Of a DNA stretch of 64,000 nucleotides, positions 57,631 to 64,000 are shown in pieces. A program made the translations under genes and the position numbers. Location of the stretch: NCBI GenBank assembly GCA_016201405.1, contig JACQCZ010000017.1, positions 89,227 through 153,226 of the forward strand. The letters are read 5' to 3'. The DNA comes from Candidatus Acetothermia bacterium. GTDB taxonomy: Bacteria > Bipolaricaulota > Bipolaricaulia > RBG-16-55-9. How positions within the stretch are numbered: position 1 is the stretch's first letter; each line of letters opens with the position of its first letter. Under the pieces are notes generated by a model, which worked only from the letters and a program-made list of their open reading frames with translations, searched no databases and was not told the origin of the DNA.

Positions 57631-58182
57631 ATTACAAGTCGTCGCATAAAGAAGAACGAAGCCATTCGTAGCAACACAGTACGCGTCATTGACGAAAAAG
57701 GGGAACAGATGGGGGTTTTGTCTCTTGCAGATGCTATCGCAGAGGCCAAAAAGCGGGGTTTCGATCTGGTAGAAGTTGCCCCGCAAGCTGAGCCAGTGGT
57801 CTGTAAGTTTCTCGATTTTGGAAAGTACAAATATCGTCAGGAGAAGCTGGAGCGAAAGCGGCACAAGACGACGCAGAAGTTAAAAGAGATGCGCCTCACC
57901 TCGCGCATTGACGAGCATGACTTTGAGACGAAAGTGCGCCGGATCAAGCAATTCCTGGAGCACGATGATAAAGTAAAGGTGACAATCGTCTTTCGTGGAC
58001 GCGAGATCGTCCACGTAGAGCGGGGACGGTCGCTAATGGAGCGGATGATCAAAGAGCTCCTGGGGGTTGGCAAAGTTGATCAGCCGCCCTTGCAGCGGGG
58101 TCCATCGCTTCAGATGGTGCTGGTTCCGACACGGGCAACGAAGGAGCATGAAAACAATGCCAAGGGGCGGGAAGAATCATAA
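57631..58182 (+). CDS. infC: Translation initiation factor IF-3 (ATT start)
   Basis: GGAGGT-5 nt-ATT; the frame extends NEAIRSNTVRVIDEKGEQ upstream of the ORF-track start; DLVEV, DFGKYKY and FRGRE motifs. Confidence 0.95.
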   Translation: MTSRRIKKNEAIRSNTVRVIDEKGEQMGVLSLADAIAEAKKRGFDLVEVAPQAEPVVCKFLDFGKYKYRQEKLERKRHKTTQKLKEMRLTSRIDEHDFETKVRRIKQFLEHDDKVKVTIVFRGREIVHVERGRSLMERMIKELLGVGKVDQPPLQRGPSLQMVLVPTRATKEHENNAKGREES

Positions 58183-58354
58183 AGGAATAGCCAAGCGGTT
58201 TACGCTCTCGAAGAATGACAAGATGCGAGGCAAGAAGTGCGGCTATCACCACAAGCAGGTGAAGAAGAGCGGGAAACGAACCCGATTTGCCCGCCTAGGC
58301 GTGCGCGTGAAGGGCAAGACTCGCCGCAACTTCTTGTACTTGCTCTCTCGATGA
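58157..58354 (+). CDS. rpmI: 50S ribosomal protein L35
   Basis: MPR..KNHKGIAKRF...HH..KKS.KR.R; located between infC and rplT. Confidence 0.88.
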   Translation: MPRGGKNHKGIAKRFTLSKNDKMRGKKCGYHHKQVKKSGKRTRFARLGVRVKGKTRRNFLYLLSR

Positions 58355-58389
58355 CGTTTCGATTGAGGCTTGAAAGGGGATTGTAAAAG

Positions 58390-58755
58390 ATGCGTGTCAA
58401 GGGCGGCATGGTACATGCCAAGCAGCGCAGAAAGATTCTGAAGCTGGCCAAGGGCTTTGGGGGCAAAAAGAGCACGAGTTACCGGATTGCCAAACAGCGC
58501 GTGATGAAGGCTCTTCGCAATGCTTACTACAGCCGAAGACTGCGGCGGAGAGATTTCCGTAACCTTTGGATTATCCGTGTCAATGCGGCCAGCCGGGCGC
58601 GCGGGATCGTCTACTCGCGCTTTATGGAAGGTCTGCACAAGGCAGGCATCGGCATCAACCGCAAGATGTTGGCCGATATTGCTGTGCGTGATGGCCAGGC
58701 CTTTGACGAGCTCGTGGAGCTGGCCAAGAGTCACAGCACTGCGCCTGCCAATTAA
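58390..58755 (+). CDS. rplT: 50S ribosomal protein L20
   Basis: MRVKGG, RDFRNLWIIRVNAA and NRKMLADIA motifs. Confidence 0.97.
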   Translation: MRVKGGMVHAKQRRKILKLAKGFGGKKSTSYRIAKQRVMKALRNAYYSRRLRRRDFRNLWIIRVNAASRARGIVYSRFMEGLHKAGIGINRKMLADIAVRDGQAFDELVELAKSHSTAPAN

Positions 58756-58788
58756 TTCTTCTGCTTTGAGAGTGCGCGCCAAAGCCTC

Positions 58789-59673
58789 ATGAACTTTCAA
58801 GAGCTGCTCCTTGGCCTTCAAGTTTTTTGGCAGAAGCAGGGATGCGTTCTTGAACAGCCATATGATATTGAGGTAGGCGCAGGCACATTCCATCCGGCCA
58901 CATTCTTTGGCGTGTTGAGGAATAGCCCGTGGAAGGCGGCCTATGTTGAGCCATCCCGCCGCCCCACCGATGGGCGCTACGGTGATAATCCAATCCGCAT
59001 GCAAATCTTTTATCAATATCAAGTTATTTTAAAGCCTGCTCCAGATAATGTTCAAGACTTATATTTACAGAGCCTTGAATCTGTCGGAGCCAAGCTGAGC
59101 CATCATGATGTGCGCTTTGAGAAAGATGACTGGAAGAGCCCGACCTTGGGTGCTTCGGGGCTGGGCTGGCAAGTGGTCCTGGATGGGATTGAGATCTCGC
59201 AGTTCACCTATTTTCAGCAGATGGGTGGCTTTGAGCTGCCCCAGATTCCATGTGAATTGACCTATGGGACCGAGCGCATTGCGATGGCCCTGCAAAATGT
59301 GAGTCGAGTCTGGGATCTAAAGTGGAATGATGAGCTGACTTATGGTGAGATCAAGCTGCAACAAGAGCGCGAAGGCTGCACACATAATTTTGAGAAATCG
59401 GATGCGCAGACCCTCTTTCAGCTCTTTGATATACACGAAGCTGAATCGAAGAGGCTTTTGAGCGAGCGCCTGATCTTCCCGTCCTATGAGCATTTGCTGA
59501 AGTGCTCGCATACATTCAATTTGCTGGACGCACGCCGCGCCATTAGCACGACGGAGCGAGAGCGCTACATTTATCGCATACAGACGTTAGCCCGAGGCTG
59601 TGCAAAGGCTTTTGTAAAGTCACAAAAAGAGGCTGAGAAGACGACAGCTGAAGGCGCAGAAGTCACTGGATAA
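58789..59673 (+). CDS. glyQ: Glycine-tRNA ligase alpha subunit
   Basis: GAGTFHP, RRPTDGRYG, QFTYFQQ and ELTYGTER motifs. Confidence 0.97.
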   Translation: MNFQELLLGLQVFWQKQGCVLEQPYDIEVGAGTFHPATFFGVLRNSPWKAAYVEPSRRPTDGRYGDNPIRMQIFYQYQVILKPAPDNVQDLYLQSLESVGAKLSHHDVRFEKDDWKSPTLGASGLGWQVVLDGIEISQFTYFQQMGGFELPQIPCELTYGTERIAMALQNVSRVWDLKWNDELTYGEIKLQQEREGCTHNFEKSDAQTLFQLFDIHEAESKRLLSERLIFPSYEHLLKCSHTFNLLDARRAISTTERERYIYRIQTLARGCAKAFVKSQKEAEKTTAEGAEVTG

Positions 59674-59716
59674 TTTTCAGTCGAGCAAAGAGTGAGCGAG
59701 CACGTATTGTTATTAT

Positions 59717-59742
59717 TGGATTACCGCTTTCGCAGGAATGAC
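59717..59742. repeat. Half copy of the REP-like palindrome
   Basis: TGGATTACCGCTTTCGCAGGAATGAC resembles the right arm of the 50604-50705 element. Confidence 0.45.
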
Positions 59743-59771
59743 TGCTAAATGCAACACAAAGGACGTTCATC

Positions 59772-61871
59772 ATGGGGCAAGACCTCTTATTTGAGATTGG
59801 CGTAGAAGAGATTCCTCCTCGTGAATCTCCCATGCTTGCTCGGCAGTTATCCGCAGCTGCCGAAGACCAATTTCGAGCAGCACGTCTCGGCTATTCTGGG
59901 CTTGAGGTCTATTACACCCCGCGCCGGCTCGTTCTATCTATTGGCAATTTAGATGAGGGTCAGAAAGACATCACCCAAGAAGTTAAGGGCCCTTCAAAAA
60001 AGATCGCCTTTGATGCTGATGGCAAGCCTACAAAAGCCGCTCTTGGATTCTGCAAAGGGCAGGCCGTAGAGGCCGAAAGTCTTTATGTCAAAGAGATCCC
60101 AGAAGGCGAATATGTCTTTGCCAAGAAGAAAGTGACTGGACGCCTCACCAGCGGGCTATTGCCTGATATTTTGCCTAAGCTCATCGAAGGACTCGCGCCA
60201 TCAGAGACGATGCGTTGGGATGACTCCGGCATTCGCTTTATTCGCCCCATCCGCTGGCTGCTCTGCTATCTGGATGACCAGCCTGTTGAGATTGAGTTTG
60301 GCAGACTCAAGTCGGGCAAGAGCACGCGAGGCCACCGGCTGCTCGGTGAGCCGCAGATCGAGATCAAAGATGCCCATGATTATTTTAAGAAGATCAAGAG
60401 CAATGGGGTGGTGCTTGAGCCTGATAAGCGCAGAGCCAACATTAAAGAGGCCCTTAGAAAAGTCACTGGCGAGATCAAAGCTCAACCAAATCTATCGCCA
60501 GAGCTTCTCGCGGAGATCGCAGACAATCTGGAGAATCCTTCGCCCATTCTCGGTAAATTCCCGGATGAGTTTTTGAAACTGCCCCGAGAGATTTTGGAGA
60601 CGACCCTGATCGAGCATCAGAAGTTCATTCCATTTGTGGTCAATGAAAACCCATCGCCCTATTTTGTCGGCTTTCGTGATGGCACAGTTGGCTCCGATGA
60701 GCTGGTGAATAGCGGATATGAGCGGGTTGTGGGAGCACGGCTCACAGATTCTCAGTTCTTCTTCAACGAAGACCGAAGAACAACGCTCTCCGAGCGTGCG
60801 AAGATGCTAAAAAGCGTCGTCTATCAAGAGAGACTGGGTACGATCTCGGACAAAGTGGAGCGAATGCGGAAGTTTGCCTCGGAGATTGGCAGCCGCCTCA
60901 ACTATGGCCGCGCAGAAGAGATTGATCGCACAGTCTCTCTCTGTAAGGGTGATCTGCTTACAACCATGGTGGGGGAGTTCCCAGAGCTTCAAGGCATTGT
61001 CGGCGGAATCTACGCCAAGCTGGAAGGCGAGCCAGAACTCGTCAGCAAAGGCATCTACGAGCACTATCTCCCTGATAAAGCGGATGACCCCGTACCGCAG
61101 ACCCTTGCTGGGATCGCCACCAGTCTCGCCGATAAGCTTGATACTCTTGTAGGCTCATTATTACAGGGAGCAGAAGTGACCGGGTCACGCGATCCCTTCG
61201 GACTTCGCCGCAAGGCCAACGGCATCATCAGAATTTCTCTGGAGCATAGACTCAATTTGGACTTCTTTCAGCTGATTGATGATCTGAAAGGTCTCTACTC
61301 GTTCTTAGCAAGCAAAGCTGAGACGCAGAAAATCAAAGACTTTTTGATCGAGAGACTTTATCAGGAGCTTCGCACGGACTACGAGATTGCCTATGACATT
61401 GTGGATGCCGTGACGGCCGCACGAGATGGGAATTTTAATCGCGTCCTTTTTCGAGCCCGTGCATTGGAGAAGATCCGAGAAGAGGCGGACTTTCAGTCGC
61501 TGGTCATCGCCTTCTCACGGGTTTGCAACATAACCCGAGGCCAGCCGAGCGCCGGGAGCTTTGATCCACAGCTCTTTGAAGACGAGGCCGAGCGCGGGCT
61601 GTGGAGGGCTTACCTGAAGGCCGAAGGACAGATCGGCCAGCTGGCTCACGCAGCTCAATATGAGAAGATCATCCAACATCTCATTGAGCTGCGTGAGCCG
61701 ATTGACCATTACTTTGATAAGGTGCTGGTGATGGCCAATGACCGCGATGTGCGCCAGAATCGCCTTGGCTTTCTGACAAAGATTGTCGAGCTCTTCTTTA
61801 CGGTTGGGGATCTGTCGAAGATTGTCGTTGAGGGGAACCAGGCCGATCCATCAACGACTCAAAAGAATTAG
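59772..61871 (+). CDS. glyS: Glycine-tRNA ligase beta subunit
   Basis: LLFEIGVEEIP, TPRRL, FIRPIRW, EFPELQG and GSRDPFGLRR motifs. Confidence 0.97.
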   Translation: MGQDLLFEIGVEEIPPRESPMLARQLSAAAEDQFRAARLGYSGLEVYYTPRRLVLSIGNLDEGQKDITQEVKGPSKKIAFDADGKPTKAALGFCKGQAVEAESLYVKEIPEGEYVFAKKKVTGRLTSGLLPDILPKLIEGLAPSETMRWDDSGIRFIRPIRWLLCYLDDQPVEIEFGRLKSGKSTRGHRLLGEPQIEIKDAHDYFKKIKSNGVVLEPDKRRANIKEALRKVTGEIKAQPNLSPELLAEIADNLENPSPILGKFPDEFLKLPREILETTLIEHQKFIPFVVNENPSPYFVGFRDGTVGSDELVNSGYERVVGARLTDSQFFFNEDRRTTLSERAKMLKSVVYQERLGTISDKVERMRKFASEIGSRLNYGRAEEIDRTVSLCKGDLLTTMVGEFPELQGIVGGIYAKLEGEPELVSKGIYEHYLPDKADDPVPQTLAGIATSLADKLDTLVGSLLQGAEVTGSRDPFGLRRKANGIIRISLEHRLNLDFFQLIDDLKGLYSFLASKAETQKIKDFLIERLYQELRTDYEIAYDIVDAVTAARDGNFNRVLFRARALEKIREEADFQSLVIAFSRVCNITRGQPSAGSFDPQLFEDEAERGLWRAYLKAEGQIGQLAHAAQYEKIIQHLIELREPIDHYFDKVLVMANDRDVRQNRLGFLTKIVELFFTVGDLSKIVVEGNQADPSTTQKN

Positions 61872-62974
61872 CGTTTCACAACCAGTTTCTTGATCTCACT
61901 CTTTACAACCTTGCCATCTCCATTTCGTGCTGTGACCCAATAGAGATAGACGCCATTCGCAAGTCTGCGGCCACTTGCATCCAGTCCATTCCAGCTCAAG
62001 CGCGATCCAGGCTGGAAGTCGCCGTTATACACCAGGCGTCCGTGCGAATCAAAGACCTGCAAACGAGCACTCTCATCGCCCTTTCCATCAATCGAGAGGA
62101 TGTACCGAGAAGAGTGAGCACCGAGCGAGCTCAGAGTGACGTTCTGGATAGAAGCTGGCTGGATCGAGGCAGCGCTTGCGGCCGCGATTGTAAACGTATC
62201 TTTGAATTGAAGCTGGCCATTGACATAGAATTCCGTGGACCACTGGCCGCCGCGTGCCGCAGCAGGATGGCCAGAGAGATTGAACCAGGCCCAGTGGTAC
62301 CGGCTGATAGCATCAGCCTCTGTTGTGGCATAGAGATTGCCGGTGGGGTCATAAAACTCCCACTTCAGCCGCTTTCCTTGATAGCTTCCACTGAGTTCAA
62401 TAAACGAGATGGCCCGGCTATCTTGCGACGAGAATGATGTGGTAGTAAGGGGGGTGCAGCAAGGGCTCTTGGTCACATCGCGCGCCATCACATGCCGAAC
62501 GATGCGAAAGCCATTTGGGCTGGGAGTGACTGAATCGGAATCAGCAGCTGATGTAATAGTAAAGGGATCCGAGAAGAGCATGCTTCCGCCGTACCAGAGC
62601 TGGACGGACCATGGTCCTGGCAGCTTGGCAGCAGCCTTGCCTGCAATGGTGATGCAGGACCAAGCGCCGTTAAAGCCAATCGAGATTGTCACGTTCCCTT
62701 GCATATAGAGAGCATTCTGCGGAGGATTGATAAATTTCCAGGTGATCTGCTGTCCATTTGCGCGGGACGAGAGCTGAACATAGGAGCAGACTTTGGGAGC
62801 TTGGGATGTGAAGCTGGTGGCTGCCGTGCCTGGGCTTCCGTTGCTGGATATGCTTCCAGTGACAAAATGCTTCGTTACAGCCACAGTGGAGGTAGACACA
62901 GCAAGGGCAGCGCTCTGGATCAAGACAACCACAAAGATCGCAATGAATGATGAGGCAATGGCATGAAGACGCAT
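61868..62974 (-). CDS. Secreted protein with two Ig-like repeats and a FlgD-Ig/T9SS-like tail
   Basis: Signal peptide; two repeats of TSF.SQ...WxFxxP...GxWSxxx; tail VFDSHGRLV...WNGLDASGRRLANGVYLY. Confidence 0.75.
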   Translation of the reverse strand: MRLHAIASSFIAIFVVVLIQSAALAVSTSTVAVTKHFVTGSISSNGSPGTAATSFTSQAPKVCSYVQLSSRANGQQITWKFINPPQNALYMQGNVTISIGFNGAWSCITIAGKAAAKLPGPWSVQLWYGGSMLFSDPFTITSAADSDSVTPSPNGFRIVRHVMARDVTKSPCCTPLTTTSFSSQDSRAISFIELSGSYQGKRLKWEFYDPTGNLYATTEADAISRYHWAWFNLSGHPAAARGGQWSTEFYVNGQLQFKDTFTIAAASAASIQPASIQNVTLSSLGAHSSRYILSIDGKGDESARLQVFDSHGRLVYNGDFQPGSRLSWNGLDASGRRLANGVYLYWVTARNGDGKVVKSEIKKLVVKR

Positions 62975-63135
62975 GACAATCTCCTTTCAGTTCTCAATGT
63001 CAGAGTAATCTGGAGTACATACGCATCCGATGGAATGAATCACTGGAAGGAAAGACATCAAACACCGCACCCTTGCCCCTCCACCTCAAAACTCGCTACA
63101 CTGTGGCTCAGAATAGTTGGAGGAGGCGTCTCACC

Positions 63136-63504
63136 ATGTCGTTTGTGATCACGCAAGGGTGCATCGGGACAAAGGCCACAGAATGCGAAAAAGTCTGCCC
63201 TGTGGATTGCATCCACCCCAGAGAAGAAGAAGTCGGCTTTGATAGAGTCGAGCAGCTCTATATTGACCCCAAACTCTGCATCAATTGTGGAGCCTGCATG
63301 GCTGTCTGCCCTGTTCTGGCCATCTATCCAGAGGAAGCTGTTCCAGCCCCCTTGCGTATGTTTACCAAGAAGAATGCCGATCACTTCCGGGTGGGGTTTG
63401 ACGAATTTCACCAAAAATATCCAGAAGGAAGATCGAAAGAATTGATCAAAGCCTTTAACCTGAAAGAGGCCGAAAAACAGAAAGCCAATGCAGCCGCCCG
63501 CTAA
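63136..63504 (+). CDS. Dicluster (7Fe-type) ferredoxin with C-terminal extension
   Basis: CIGTKATECEKVCPVDCI and CINCGACMAVCP; AGGAGG RBS. Confidence 0.9.
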   Translation: MSFVITQGCIGTKATECEKVCPVDCIHPREEEVGFDRVEQLYIDPKLCINCGACMAVCPVLAIYPEEAVPAPLRMFTKKNADHFRVGFDEFHQKYPEGRSKELIKAFNLKEAEKQKANAAAR

Positions 63505-64000
63505 ACTCAAAATCGAGATCCGCCACTTCACTGAGCGTGACTACGACGTATTTGCCAGCGTCCGCCAGCGTGTCATGCCTGAATACCCCATGACAGCCAG
63601 CGAACTGCGCTTCTACGATCAGCAGCTGCCAGAAAAATGCAAATCAGAGCGCTTTTTTGCCTGTGTGAGACGCGAAATCGTCGCCTTTGGTGATTATCAC
63701 CAATCGCCATTTGCATACCACCCGCAAAAATTTGATGTCGGCGTCTTTGTGCTCCCCGAATTCCAAAGCAAAGGAATTGGTACAGAGCTGTACGAATATG
63801 TAGCGCAGAAGCTTCAGCCCTTTGATCCGATCACGCTGCGCTCCTTTGCCCGCGAAGATTATCAGCAGAGCTTGCGCTTCCTTGCCAAACGCGGTTTTCA
63901 TGAGACGATGCGCGCCTGGGAGTCTCGGCTCGATATCAAATCCTTTGATTTCTCCCGCTATGCAGGTCATGTGGGGAAAGTAGAAGCGAGCGGCATCAAA
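63488..64000 (+). CDS. GNAT acetyltransferase, runs off the window (absent from the ORF track)
   Basis: Open frame from ATG 63488 with VLPEFQSKGIGTELY (acetyl-CoA motif) and FLAKRGF. Confidence 0.85.
   Translation, partial: MQPPAKLKIEIRHFTERDYDVFASVRQRVMPEYPMTASELRFYDQQLPEKCKSERFFACVRREIVAFGDYHQSPFAYHPQKFDVGVFVLPEFQSKGIGTELYEYVAQKLQPFDPITLRSFAREDYQQSLRFLAKRGFHETMRAWESRLDIKSFDFSRYAGHVGKVEASGIK

Overview
Bacterial chromosomal window of moderate GC. The gene style (Thermotoga-type RNase Z, archaeal-type apgM/rnhB, secreted proteins with a FlgD/T9SS-like tail) tentatively suggests a deep-branching lineage such as Bipolaricaulota/Acetothermia; this is inference only. Core content: tilS-rseP, a partial 2-aminobenzoate (abm-like) CoA pathway, a peptide ABC transporter, tRNA-Gln(CTG), a large Moco-biosynthesis plus 4-hydroxybenzoyl-CoA-reductase-like Mo-enzyme operon, sodA, metG, rplU-prp-rpmA-obgE, infC-rpmI-rplT and glyQS. 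The standout is a precisely bounded 5,477-bp cargo transposon (36346-41822). It has a perfect 9-bp target-site duplication (GATTTAGGC), GGCTTTG terminal inverted repeats and arrays of subterminal repeats. Inside are a SWIM-zinc-finger DDE transposase broken by one in-frame TGA, a divergent 52-aa Zn-ribbon gene missed by the ORF track, a restriction endonuclease with a circularly permuted C5-methyltransferase and Vsr, and a Panacea/RelE-like toxin-antitoxin pair. Second is a 1350-aa SARP/BTAD-STAND-TPR regulator ending in an IS1595-transposase Zn-ribbon/HTH domain. Two genes are split at canonical -1 slippery heptamers, and the Prp homologue appears catalytically dead next to an L27 that has no pro-peptide. 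All family assignments come from motif recognition, not database searches.
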